From: Schlesneria sp.
GTDB lineage: Bacteria; Planctomycetota; Planctomycetia; Planctomycetales; Planctomycetaceae
NCBI GenBank assembly: GCA_044354755.1
Contig: JBIKZJ010000001.1
Location: 1-54,415 of the forward strand
Length of the DNA stretch: 54,415 nucleotides
Direction of reading: 5' to 3'
This document shows, piece after piece, positions 19,581-30,900 of the stretch (the stretch's first letter is position 1; every line of letters starts with the position of its first letter). The notes below the pieces were generated by a model. The model made no database searches. It was given only the letters and a program-made list of their open reading frames with translations, and was not told the origin of the DNA. A program made the translations under genes and the position numbers.

Positions 19581-20891
19581 TTACAAGAGGGAATGAACTA
19601 CTAACCCCGACAGTAGTTTGGGATAGAAGTAGGTGCTCTTGGGAGGCATGGTCTCGCGACCTTCCGCAATTTCCTGGACCTGCTCGATCGTGGCAGGGGC
19701 CACCAGGCACCCCAATTGATGTGACTTGGCATTCAAAGCAGTGGTCGTTTCATCAATTCGATGAACGTATTGGAATTTTGGCTCCCCGCCGACCTGCTTG
19801 AAGATCAATTCTTCTAGCAGAAGCTTGTGCAACAGACTGACCCCCAGCGATTGCCACGCCTGACTGTGATCAGCGGCTAGTTGCCCCATCAGGCTGGCAT
19901 CCAGCACGCGGACGAATAGCCAGGTCCCATCGGCGGCCGTGCCGAATCCAAAGACATTTTGGCCCCCGTCCGCCTGGATCAGCTCCCACGTCTCTGCGGC
20001 GGCTTTGTCCCCCTGGCCAATCACGTCGATGGCACAGTGCGGTTCCAGTGCCTCAGCAATCTGCACCGAGGTCAATTCGGGGGAGAGCCCCGAGACCAGT
20101 CGGTGGGTTGGCAGAATCTGTAATCCGGCGTCCTGCATCCCGACAAAATGCATCAGGACCGAATTGGCGGACGAGAGATCATCGAGCTTTCCGGCTGCCT
20201 GCAGTTCGCGACGGTAGCTCAAGGCGGTTTCATAACGATGGTGGCCGTCAGCAATAAAGACCGGCTTGTCGTGAAGGCTCGCTTTCACCTTGCCGATTAG
20301 CTGATGATCCTTGATCACCCACATGCGATGAATGACACCAAGATGGTCCGTTGCCTGGGAGGGGGTAAGAGGAATGCAGGCTTCGTCCAGCAGGTGCTGG
20401 ATCGAGTCGGCCCCTTCCTCATCAGGATACAGGCCAAAAATGGGTGAAAGATTGGCTTGAGTCGCACGGATCAGCATCAGGCGATCCAGCTTGGGACCTG
20501 ACAGCGTCTGTTCGTGCGGAAAGACGTTTCCGGCTCCGAAGTCTTCCAGCCGAACCCTTGCCAGAAATCCGCCACGAACGTGCGTCTTCCCTTCCCAGCG
20601 GAATTCCTGCGAATAGACATAAATCGCATCTTCGGGTTCCTGCAGCAAAACCCCATCCAGCATCCAGTGCTTGAGAAAATCGGCGGCCCGGCCATACTTG
20701 GCGTTGGCATCCGGATCGGCAGGCTCCTGTCGATTCAGCTCCAGCCGAATAAAATTGCAGGGATGCTGCTTGTAAAGCTGGTCCTGAAACCGGGAGTCGA
20801 TGACATCGTAGGGGGGCGTCACGACATCCGAAAGATCCCCCACTTGAGAGAGATCGTAGCGCCAACCTCGAAACGGACTAACATCAACCAT
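19581..20891 (-). CDS. DUF1015 family protein
   Basis: PFRGWRY; VTPPYDVI; FPHEQT; SPIFGLY; FIADGHHRYETAL; ILPTHR; MPPKSTYFYPKLLSGL. Confidence 0.9.
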   Translation of the reverse strand: MVDVSPFRGWRYDLSQVGDLSDVVTPPYDVIDSRFQDQLYKQHPCNFIRLELNRQEPADPDANAKYGRAADFLKHWMLDGVLLQEPEDAIYVYSQEFRWEGKTHVRGGFLARVRLEDFGAGNVFPHEQTLSGPKLDRLMLIRATQANLSPIFGLYPDEEGADSIQHLLDEACIPLTPSQATDHLGVIHRMWVIKDHQLIGKVKASLHDKPVFIADGHHRYETALSYRRELQAAGKLDDLSSANSVLMHFVGMQDAGLQILPTHRLVSGLSPELTSVQIAEALEPHCAIDVIGQGDKAAAETWELIQADGGQNVFGFGTAADGTWLFVRVLDASLMGQLAADHSQAWQSLGVSLLHKLLLEELIFKQVGGEPKFQYVHRIDETTTALNAKSHQLGCLVAPATIEQVQEIAEGRETMPPKSTYFYPKLLSGLVVHSLL

Positions 20892-21041
20892 TTGCAAAAA
20901 GCCTTCCTGCATTCAAAACTCGCGTTGGAATCCAAAGTCCAACTAGGTCCATACAATGAAGGAAGTCACCCTGCGGTTCAAGTCCCTCGGCATCGGCTTT
21001 TGAAATCCTGGATCAATCCTGCTTCCCAATAAGGTCAACCG

Positions 21042-23426
21042 ATGGCTCATCGATGGAGTCTGTTCACGTTTTTTTCTTCGCTATTCGTTTCGCTTTCCGC
21101 CCAGGCGCAGATGATCGATCTGACCCGCGCGGTCGTCGTGATTCGGGCAGAAGAATGCCCGGCAGCAGAAAAAATCGCTCCGACCATTCTCACCGAAGAA
21201 ATTCGCCGCCGTACCGGCTTGGCGTGGGAAGTCACCACCCACTGGCCCGCCCAGGCGGAGGTGGTGATTGCCATTTCGACCCTCGACCACCCCCCTGCCT
21301 GGAAACCTCAGATCGAGGCCGCAATCGAAAATGTTCCCCGGCAGGCCGAGGCTTATTCCATTCAGGTGCTTCCCGCCACCCGCGAACAGCCCCTCATGAT
21401 CGCCATCACTGGTTACGACGCGCGCGGGGCGATGTTCGGAGTCGGCAAACTGCTGCGTCAACTGAATTGGAAGCCGGGCCATGTCGATTGCTCCAGTAAC
21501 CTTCAGGCGAGCGAAGCCCCCGATCGTCCGATTCGAGGCCACCAGATTGGCTATCGGGATACGGCAAATAGCTGGGATGCCTGGACCCTCGAACAGTTTG
21601 ACCAGTATTTTCGTGAACTCGTGATTTTCGGGGCCAACGCCGTCGAAAACATCCCATGGCAGGAAGATAAGCCGGGGCCGCTCATGAAATATCCTCGCGA
21701 AGAGCTGAATTTCCATTTCGCCGAATTATGCGAAAAATACGATCTCGCCCATTGGATCTGGGTTCCCGTCCTGATCAAGCTCCCGGATGAGACCAAAGAG
21801 CAGGAAGTCTTAAAGCGGCAGGAAGACTATTTTCGTAGGGTCAAACGCCTCGACGCCCTCTTCGTCCCCGGAGGTGATCCCGGTGACAACAAGGCGAATG
21901 TGTTGATCCCGCATCTCGAACGGATGGCCAAACTGCTGAACAAGCACCATCCACACGCAAAAATCTGGCTCTCACTCCAGCACTTCAAACCGGATGATGT
22001 CGACTTTCTCTATCAGTACCTCGATCAAAAACTCCCCACCTGGTTCGGTGGGCTGGTGATGGGCCCCAGCAGCCCACCGATGGAATTGACTCGCCGCCGA
22101 CTGGCAACACCCTATCAGTTGCGCTGGTATCCCGATATTACGCATAGCGTTCGATGTCAGTACCCCATCCCCTGGCTTGACCCGGCGCTGGGAATGACAC
22201 TCGGCCGTGAGCCAGTTAATCCCCGTCCTGTCGACTATACCGAAATTTATCGGATGGATTACGCGTTTACAGATGGCTTTATCAGCTACTCGGACGGAGT
22301 TCACGACGATTTCAACAAAAGCCTCTGGTCGCAACTGGGCTGGAACCCCCACCGCAACCCGCGTGAAGTGGCGGTCGAGTATGCCCGATTTTTCTTTCAG
22401 CCCGATCAGGCTGAAAAGGGAGCGGATGGACTGTTTGCGCTCGAGTCCGATACACGAGGTCCCTTGGCAGAACAGGGTTCGGTCACGGCCACCTCCCTGC
22501 TCTGGAACGAGCTGGAACGGCAGATTGCGGCTCCAGGAAGTTCCTGGCGTTTTACGATGCATCTGTTTCGCGCCGCTTATGTCGACTTCACCCGCAAGCG
22601 ACTGATCAACGAAACGGAACTGGAATACCTCGCCCTGGCCAAATTGGCCGAGGCAAACTCGATCGGGGTGCCACAAACTCTGGCGGCAGCACTCGAAATT
22701 CTGCAGCGCGCGATCACAAAACCAATCGATCCCGCTGCGATGGATCGACTGAACCGGTTTGGTGAAGTCCTGTTTCGGGAAATTGGACTGCAAACCAGTG
22801 TCCCCAAATATCAGGCATCGAATTCTCAACGAGGAGCGGTACTCGATTTTCTTGATTATCCGCTCAATAACTGCTGGTGGCTTGAGGACCAGTTTGAACG
22901 GATTTTAAAAATGCCCGAACAGCGAGATCAATGGGACCGGATCAACACGATCCGCCACTGGGAAAATCCGGGTGAAGGGGGTTACTACGATGTGCTGGGG
23001 CATGTCGGTCGGTCGCCGCGCGTGGTGAAGCTCTTGCTGGGGGGAGATGCGATGCGACATGAAGACGACTTGCCAATGCCAACGCAGCGCTGGATGCGCG
23101 AAACCAAAAGCATCAACCGCCAGGCTTGGCATGCGTACCTCGACAGCGTCCCTGCGGGAATCACCTATAATAACCTCGATACCACGAGCCCTTATGTGGT
23201 CCGACTCTTTTCTCAGCGGGAATCCCCGTTGGTGATCGATGGCATCAAAGCTCGATTGCTGAAGACCGGCGAAACGTTCGATAAGGTGACGGAACAGGTG
23301 TTTGAGGTTCCCCTGGAGGCGAGTCGTGACGGACGAATCAAACTGACGTGGGAAACCCCGGATGAATCCCATCTCAATTGGCGAGACCGACATTATGTCA
23401 CCGACATCTGGGTAATGAAGCGGTAA
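21042..23426 (+). CDS. Secreted glycoside-hydrolase-like protein (GH20/GH67-like N-terminal domain), paralog 1
   Basis: Signal peptide; EAYSI..IAITGYDARGAMFGVGKLLR (typical GH N-terminal module); RGHQIGYRDTANSWDAW. Colinear with 25326..27719. Substrate unknown. Confidence 0.6.
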   Translation: MAHRWSLFTFFSSLFVSLSAQAQMIDLTRAVVVIRAEECPAAEKIAPTILTEEIRRRTGLAWEVTTHWPAQAEVVIAISTLDHPPAWKPQIEAAIENVPRQAEAYSIQVLPATREQPLMIAITGYDARGAMFGVGKLLRQLNWKPGHVDCSSNLQASEAPDRPIRGHQIGYRDTANSWDAWTLEQFDQYFRELVIFGANAVENIPWQEDKPGPLMKYPREELNFHFAELCEKYDLAHWIWVPVLIKLPDETKEQEVLKRQEDYFRRVKRLDALFVPGGDPGDNKANVLIPHLERMAKLLNKHHPHAKIWLSLQHFKPDDVDFLYQYLDQKLPTWFGGLVMGPSSPPMELTRRRLATPYQLRWYPDITHSVRCQYPIPWLDPALGMTLGREPVNPRPVDYTEIYRMDYAFTDGFISYSDGVHDDFNKSLWSQLGWNPHRNPREVAVEYARFFFQPDQAEKGADGLFALESDTRGPLAEQGSVTATSLLWNELERQIAAPGSSWRFTMHLFRAAYVDFTRKRLINETELEYLALAKLAEANSIGVPQTLAAALEILQRAITKPIDPAAMDRLNRFGEVLFREIGLQTSVPKYQASNSQRGAVLDFLDYPLNNCWWLEDQFERILKMPEQRDQWDRINTIRHWENPGEGGYYDVLGHVGRSPRVVKLLLGGDAMRHEDDLPMPTQRWMRETKSINRQAWHAYLDSVPAGITYNNLDTTSPYVVRLFSQRESPLVIDGIKARLLKTGETFDKVTEQVFEVPLEASRDGRIKLTWETPDESHLNWRDRHYVTDIWVMKR

Positions 23427-23445
23427 GCACTCCGGTAAAACTTCT

Positions 23446-24615
23446 TTGATTAATAGGATGGATTCCGAGTCGGGGATTCTGGCAACGACCCTTGAAGACT
23501 TCTTTCCGTTGCGCGCAACATGCGGGCTTGTTCATGACATCGGGAACCCACCATTTGGCCACTCAGGCGAAGATGCAATTCGTCATTGGTTCCAGACACG
23601 GTTTCCGCTGGAAACCCAGGCCGATGGCACACGCCGCGATCCACTGCTAGAAACTCCTGGCGGAAATCAACAACTCGTTTCGGACTTTCGACAATTCGAG
23701 GGAAACGCACAGGCGTTTCGACTCGTCACTAAGCTGCAGATACTGGCGGATTTCTATGGCCTGAACCTCACCTCTGGCACACTCTCGGCATCATGCAAGT
23801 ACATCGCCGCATCGAATGCCCTCAACGAACATGATCATGCGTATATCAAGCCTGGCTACTTCGCCAGCGAAGTGGACATCGTAACCGATGTCCGAGAAAA
23901 GACGGGAACAGGAGAGGCACGCAATCCCATCACGTTTTTGGTGGAAGCGGCCGATGACGCGGTTTATTCAGTGGCTGACATTGAGGATGCTGTGCGGAAA
24001 CGCATCCTCACATGGCCGGATGTGCGCTATTCTCTTGACGACGCGAAAGACCCCGCAATCAACGCGGCGCTTCAGGGCGCCGAGAGGATCCTTAAGGCAG
24101 GAGGAGAGAGTGTCCCTGCTGGCCTACCGTGCGATGTCTATGCGTCTGCATTTCGTACAGCATCAATCTACGTGGTGGTGCAAGCGAGCATCGAGGTTTT
24201 CAAAACGAACTACGATGCAATCATGTCGGGAACGTATCGCAAAGAATTGATCGATGATTCGACAGCACAGGTGCTCGTCGAACAGCTGAAAACGATTGCC
24301 CGCACAAGAGCTTACGCGACTCCGCCGAATCTCAAGCTCGAACTCGCAGGGCGAAAGGTAATCTGCGATTTAATGGACCTGTTTTGGGAGGGTGCACAGG
24401 AGCTACCATTGACCGGTGCCCCGAAGGCAAAAAAGTTCCCTGGGAAAGCGGGCGCGCTTCTTTCGGATAACTACCGGCGTGTGTTTCAGCATTGGGTGAA
24501 AGAACAGCCAAACTTGCCAGAGATGTATCATCGGTTGTTACTTGTGACAGATTACGTGTCAGGGATGACAGACACATTCGCGACAGAGCTTCACAGAGAC
24601 TTAATGAATGGATAG
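23446..24615 (+). pseudogene. dgt: dGTP triphosphohydrolase (Dgt, HD family), N-terminally truncated
   Basis: HDIGNPPFGHSGE; FEGNAQAFR; VEAADD; DIEDA; DYVSGMTD. The upstream KTQV..RLTHSLEV block is absent. An in-frame TGA at 23416-23418, inside the preceding gene, leaves no room for it. Confidence 0.8.
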
Positions 24616-25006
24616 GCGGGAGCAGATTTCGATTCTCAAACGGACGCTCTTAAGAGACGTTGCGTCGCTGTTTCAGCGCCCCGATGTCCAATGGCGGTCG
24701 GGAATTGCAGCAATGGCGTGCGATCTGAAGAAGTTGGCCGTTCCAGCGGTCATCTTTGGCGGCACACTTCGTTCCTTAATGCTTGGTCGGTTGGCACGTA
24801 CTCCGCGATTTGGAAGACCTCGAGATTTGGATATCGTCGTCGCGAATGCGAACATGGAGACGCTCAGGGAACGGTTGCAACAACATGTTGTTCGCCAAAC
24901 ACGCTTCGGCGGACTTCAGCTGCAGCGAAGCGATTGGCATCTCGACTATGGCCTGCCGTGTGACAATGGCGACATGAGATCGTCACACAGTGATTGTCGA
25001 ATTTGA
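24608..25006 (+). pseudogene. Pol-beta-superfamily nucleotidyltransferase (CCA/poly(A) polymerase head-like), apparently C-terminally broken
   Basis: IFGGTLRSLMLG..RPRDLDIVV matches the GGxVRDxxLG..xDxD signature, followed by TRFGG. After WHLD the expected xWP appears in a shifted frame (TA TGG CCT) and similarity ends. ATG overlaps the dgt stop by 8 nt. Confidence 0.6.
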
Positions 25007-25030
25007 GGTTCTGTGCATCGCGACGTTCGG

Positions 25031-25060
25031 CACTGCTTGTCCCAAAGCGGACAAGCAGTG
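25031..25060. repeat. Perfect 12-bp inverted repeat (REP-like hairpin)
   Basis: CACTGCTTGTCC-caaagc-GGACAAGCAGTG. Confidence 0.7.
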
Positions 25061-25325
25061 GCAAGTTGGCCGTTACCACTGCTCCGAAGTCCTCCAAGAA
25101 GCTGTGCTCTTCGTCTGCTGTGCAGGTGATTGCTTGTGCTTGCCGTGACTTCGATCGCGACTCCCTGTAATCTTAGGCTGGGCTCGCTGCTCTACAGGTC
25201 ATGACGCGGATGGTTTTGCCGCTTCAAAGCTGGATCACGCCAAGGCTGAACCGTGATTCTTTATCGATCTTGATCTCAATCACGCCGGCTTGCCGCGTGT
25301 TAATCGACCAGAACAAGGAATTTTG

Positions 25326-27719
25326 ATGTTTCGCTCCATCAGTATCTGCCTGTTATTGGCCTCAATCGTCCTGCCAACTCCCGCACGAGCCGAATTGATC
25401 GATCTGACCAAAGCGGTGGTCGTCGTTGGCCCCGGTGAACGTCCTGCAGCAGAAAAAATTGCACCCACGATTCTCACGGAAGAGGTCGCACGTCGGACTG
25501 GTGTGAAATGGATGATCCGCTCGGAATGGCCCAAGGGGACCAACACCATCATTGCCATCTCGACCATTTCTCGCCCCCCCGCTTGGCAGGGGGAAGTTCG
25601 CTCGGCACTCGAATCCGTGCCGCAGAAGGCCGAGGCCTTTTCGCTGCGGATCATCCCCCCCGCCAACGGTCGACCCCGGATTGTGGCCGTGACCGGGTAC
25701 GATGCACGCGGAGCCATGTTCGCAGTCGGAAAGCTGCTGCGAAACTTGAATTGGAAACAGGGCGAAGTTTCGCTTGCCGCTGACTTTCAGGCGGCCGAGG
25801 CTCCTGACCGCCCTTTGCGTGGACATCAAATTGGCTATCGCGACACCGCCAACAGTTGGGATGCGTGGACACATGAACAGTTCGAACAATACTTCCGCGA
25901 GATGGTCATCTTCGGAGCCAATGCCGTGGAAAATATCCCCTGGCAGGAAGAGACCCTGAACCCGCTGATGAAGTATCCGCGCAGCGAGATGAACCTCACG
26001 TTTGCCGAACTCTGCGACAAGTACGACCTCGATCACTGGATCTGGGTTCCCGTCCTGGTCCATCTGCCGGACGAAGCAAAAGAAGTCGAGTTTCTTGCTC
26101 AGCAGGAAGCGTTTTACCAGCAGGTGAAACGCCTCGACGCGATCTTTGTGCCGGGAGGTGATCCTGGTAAAAACAAAGCGAATGTTCTTTTGCCGCACCT
26201 GGAACGAATGGCCAAGCTCGCCACCAAGTATCATCCGCAGGTCAAGATCTGGTTGTCGCTGCAACATTTCAAAGCGGACGATGTCGACTTTTTGTATCAG
26301 TATCTCGAACAACAGCAGCCAAAATGGTTTGGCGGGTTGGTGATGGGCCCCAGCAGCCCCCCGATGGAATACACACGTCGCCGACTGCCAAAACCGTATC
26401 AGTTACGCTGGTATCCCGACATCACGCATGTGGTCCGCTGTCAGTATCCCGTCCCCTGGCTCGACCCGGCACTCGGCCTGACACTTGGGCGAGAATGTGT
26501 GAACCCACGGCCAGTCGATTACACGCAGATCTACAAGATGGACTACACCTTTACCGACGGTTTTCTGACCTATTCGGATGGCATCCACGATGACTTCAAT
26601 AAGAATCTCTGGTCGCAACTTGGCTGGAATCCTTCTGTCAGTCCTCGTCAAGTCGCGATGGACTATGCCCGTTTTTTCTTTCAGTCCGAGGTCGCCGAGA
26701 TGGGGGCCGATGCGTTATTCGCACTCGAAACGGACATGCGCGGTTCGCTGGCCGACAATGGAGGCATTTCGGCAACGCTCGCATTATGGAAGGAACTGGA
26801 GCGGCAGATTGAGCAGGCAGGAAGCCCCTGGCGATTCCGAATGCACCTGTTCCGAGCGTACTACGATGCCTACACCCGATCGCGATTACTTTATGAAACC
26901 AAACTGGAACAACAGGCCCTCAAGGCGCTGTCAGATACGGACAAACAGAGTGTTGCCGCGTCGATTCAACAGGCGCGTGCCATTTTGCAGCGAGCCACCA
27001 GCCACCCGGTTGATGCCGCACTTCAGGCCCGATTACTCGCATTTGGCGACGAGTTATTCCAGTCAATTGGATTACAAACCAGTGTCCCCAAGTACCATGC
27101 CTCAGGGTATGAACGCGGAGCGGTGATCGATTTTCTCGACTATCCACTGAACAATCGCTGGTGGCTTGAGGACCAGTTTGAGGCCATCTTGAATCTTCCT
27201 GACTCGAACCGACAGCAGCAGCGTATTGCGGCGATTCGCGATTGGGAAAATCCCGGAGAACGAGGGTACTACGATGTGATCGGCCACGTCGGTCGCTCAC
27301 CCCGCGTTGTGAAATTGCTGTTGGCCGGGGACGCCATGCGACATAATGACGATCTACCGACCCCAACACAGCGATGGATGGGCGAAAAACGAAATGGCCT
27401 GCGTCAGGTTTGGCATATTTATCTCGACAATGTGCCTGGCGGGATCCTGTACAACGACCTGGATACCACGGCGAGTTACGTGGTCAAACTGTGTGCTCAG
27501 AGAAGCTCACCCCTGGTGATCGACGGGGTCAAAGCCCGGCTGATCAACACCGGGGAAACCTATGGTGAAGTGAGCGAACAATTTTTTGAGGTCCCAGCTC
27601 AGGCTCTGCAGGATGGTCTCATCAAACTGACCTGGGAATCACTGGACGAAAAGCACCTCAACTGGCGGCAACGCCATTACGTCACCGACATTTGGGTGAT
27701 GAAGCAACCCGTGAAGTGA
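25326..27719 (+). CDS. Secreted glycoside-hydrolase-like protein, paralog 2
   Basis: RBS AAGGA; signal peptide MFRSISICLLLASIVLPTPARA. Long identical blocks with paralog 1 (AAEKIAPTILTEE, RGHQIGYRDTANSWDAWT, HYVTDIWVMK). Confidence 0.6.
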   Translation: MFRSISICLLLASIVLPTPARAELIDLTKAVVVVGPGERPAAEKIAPTILTEEVARRTGVKWMIRSEWPKGTNTIIAISTISRPPAWQGEVRSALESVPQKAEAFSLRIIPPANGRPRIVAVTGYDARGAMFAVGKLLRNLNWKQGEVSLAADFQAAEAPDRPLRGHQIGYRDTANSWDAWTHEQFEQYFREMVIFGANAVENIPWQEETLNPLMKYPRSEMNLTFAELCDKYDLDHWIWVPVLVHLPDEAKEVEFLAQQEAFYQQVKRLDAIFVPGGDPGKNKANVLLPHLERMAKLATKYHPQVKIWLSLQHFKADDVDFLYQYLEQQQPKWFGGLVMGPSSPPMEYTRRRLPKPYQLRWYPDITHVVRCQYPVPWLDPALGLTLGRECVNPRPVDYTQIYKMDYTFTDGFLTYSDGIHDDFNKNLWSQLGWNPSVSPRQVAMDYARFFFQSEVAEMGADALFALETDMRGSLADNGGISATLALWKELERQIEQAGSPWRFRMHLFRAYYDAYTRSRLLYETKLEQQALKALSDTDKQSVAASIQQARAILQRATSHPVDAALQARLLAFGDELFQSIGLQTSVPKYHASGYERGAVIDFLDYPLNNRWWLEDQFEAILNLPDSNRQQQRIAAIRDWENPGERGYYDVIGHVGRSPRVVKLLLAGDAMRHNDDLPTPTQRWMGEKRNGLRQVWHIYLDNVPGGILYNDLDTTASYVVKLCAQRSSPLVIDGVKARLINTGETYGEVSEQFFEVPAQALQDGLIKLTWESLDEKHLNWRQRHYVTDIWVMKQPVK

Positions 27720-27909
27720 GGGATGGTATTTGGCGACGATTTGGATAACATCATTCCATCAAAAGAGGAGAGGATCAGAAGGGATTTTTTGGGGTTTGAC
27801 TTTGTTTTTTCCTGGACGCTAGGTTAACGAACTCATCCTCCATTCGGGCATCCGCAAGTTTTCATGACCCCCTCCGTAAACACCCCTCTGTGAAAGCAGG
27901 TCCGGTCGC

Positions 27910-30900
27910 ATGACGCAGCACATTCAGGCAAATTCTGATCAAGTGATCGAGGACGAAACCTTTTGTGTGCCTTCCCGCGACGCGATGAAGATCGTGCGAA
28001 TGGCTCTCCAGCAAACTCCTGGATCCTCGCGATCCGAGTTTGTGGCAGATGCCTGCAGAGACGGCTCCCCCTTGCAAAGAGATGTCGAAGAATTGCCGGC
28101 CGCAGCGGGTTCCCAGAAACCGGTGATCGAACGGACTCCCCGCTCGCTGGACAAACTCGGGCTCAGCAATACACCGCGCACGTTGCCCGAGTGCATCGGT
28201 CGCTATCGAGTTGAGCGACTGTTGGGTGAGGGTGGGTTTGGTGTGGTCTATCTGGCACAGGATTGCGAGTTATCCCGATCGGTGGCAATCAAGGTTCCGC
28301 ATGCTCACCTGCTGGATCGCGCCGAGGTGGAAGCGGCCTACCTGGCCGAAGCTCAGGCCGTGGCAAGCCTCGATCACCCACATATCGTTCCGGTCTATGA
28401 TGTCGGGCATACCGACCATTTCCCTTGTTTTGTTGTTTCCAAGTACATCGACGGGACCGATCTCGCCAAAAGACTCGAACAATCTCGACTGCAGTTGAAA
28501 ACGGCAGTCGAATTGGTAGCGACGGTTGCCGACGCACTCCACCACGCTCACCAGCAGGGATTGGTACACCGGGATATCAAGCCGGGAAATCTGTTGCTCG
28601 ATCTTCAGGGGACCGTTTATGTCGCCGACTTTGGGTTGGTGCTTCGGGAGCAGGATTTAGGGACCGGCCCCCGATTTGCCGGAACCCCGGCTTATATGAG
28701 TCCCGAACAGGCGCGCGGCGAGGGCCATCGGGTCGATAGTCGGTCCGATCTGTTCAGTTTGGGTGTTGTCTTGTACGAACTTCTGGTCGGACAACGTCCT
28801 TTTCGGGGAAAAACCACCACGGAATTGCGCGAGCGGGTCTCTCGGTTTGAACCACCCTGCCCCCGGCAGATTGACGCACGGATTCCGGTCGAGCTCGAAC
28901 GGATCTGCCTCAAAGCCATCTCCAAGCGTGCTCAGGATCGTTATGCGACCGCGCAAGAACTGGCTGCCGATTTGCGATCGTTTCTGACCGAGCAACAACC
29001 TCCAGGCGATTTGCTGACAGGGATTGGCTCGGGGAATCCCCTTTTATCCCCACAACACTCGTTGCAGTTCACTGAATCGTTCGAGCCCCTCGCAGCGGGT
29101 GACGATGTCACTCCGGCCATGCTGAATGCGTCGAGTCCAACCTCGATTCCGATTGAGCCGAAAGGATTACGGTCCTTTGATGCCGATGACGCCGCATTTT
29201 TTCTGGAATTGCTGCCGGGACCGCGTGATCGCAAGGGGTTGCCGGACAGTTTACGGTTTTGGAAAACCCGGATTGAATCGCGGAATCCGGACCACACCTT
29301 TGCGGCCGGGCTGATTTATGGTCCATCAGGATGTGGTAAATCCTCATTGATGAAGGCGGGATTATTGCCCCGCCTGTCTGACAACATTCTGGCAGTTTAC
29401 ATCGAAGCCACCGCCAACGAGACCGAGATCCGCCTGTTGAGATCGCTAAGAAACCAGTGTCCCCTTTTGCCCAGCACCATGGGGCTGAAGGAATCGATGC
29501 TCGCCTTACGGCGTGATCAACTGCTTCCCGAAGGAAAAAAACTACTGATTGTCATCGACCAGTTCGAGCAGTGGCTGCATGCAAATCGGATCGAACAGGA
29601 TGTCGAACTGGTTCAGTCGCTGCGTCACTGCGATGGGACCAGCCTGCAAAGTATTTTCATGGTGAGGGATGATTTCTGGATGGGCGCCTCGCGGTTCATG
29701 CAAGAACTGGAAGTTCCCCTCGTGGAATCAAAAAACCTGGCGGCCGTGGATCTCTTTCCGGCCTTCCATGCAATCCGCGTGCTCGCCGCATACGGTCAAG
29801 CCTTTCGAGTACTACCGCAGAACCAAAGCCACGCGAGTCTGCAACAGGATGAATTCCTGAAAGCTTCGGTTTCCGGATTAGCGCAACAGGGAAAAGTGAT
29901 TTGTATTCGACTCGCACTCTTCGCAGAAATGATGAAGGATAAGCCTTGGACACCGGCCGCACTGAATGAGGTCGGGGGAACGGAAGGGGTTGGAATGGCC
30001 TTTTTGGATGCGACCTTTAGTGCCGCGACGGCCCCCGCCGCTTTTCAATGTCACCTGCCTGGTGTGATTGGCGTGCTGCAAGCACTGCTCCCAGAATCCG
30101 GAGCCGATATCAAGGGACACATGCGATCAAGATATGAATTGCTTGTGGCAGCTGGATATACCCGGTCCATGGATGCGTTTAGTGAATTGCTGCGGATCCT
30201 CGACAGCGAGGTTCGGTTGATTACTCCGACAAATCCAGAGGGGAGCTTGGATCAAGTGGAATTCGAGCGATCCACTGACAGCCAGAAGTATTATCAATTG
30301 ACGCATGACTATTTGGTCCCTTCCATCCGACAATGGCTGATTCAACAGCAGCAGGGGACTCGTCGCGGCCGGGCGGAATTGCGATTGATCGAGCGGGCGG
30401 AAATTTGGAAATCCAAACCCGACAATCGCTATCTACCCTCGTTGGGGGAATTCCTCACCGCAGCTTGGTTCATTCCCAAATCGCTGCAAACCCCTGTGCA
30501 GCAAGCGATGTTACGGAAAGCAGGCTCGGTTCATGCGATTCAAGTTGGTGGACTTTTGGCCGTGATGTTGATGATTGGATTCGCCGTCACCAGCCTGCTG
30601 GCAAAAGAACGCGAACACAGTCTCAAAAATCAAGTTGTGATTGCGGTTGATGCCGTTGAGAATAACCGTGGTGCCGCAGTTCCGCTGACCTTGAATGACT
30701 TAAAAAGACTTCCACAAAATCACGTGTTAGCGGAACTCAACAGGCGTTTTGCCATGGCGCGGTCGCAGCGAAAGCTCCGGCTGGCATTTGCCTTGGCAGA
30801 CTACGGGCAAGTTCACACAGATTACCTCTATTCTCAAGTGGAACAAGCGCCACCCAGCGAATTGAACAACTTTGTCACGGCACTGAACTCGTCAGGGCAA

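Noticed and set aside
25100-25170. Decayed HUH transposase (minus-strand VAIEVTASTSNHLH)
   Set aside because: Only a five-residue resemblance, with no supporting ORF or other motifs.
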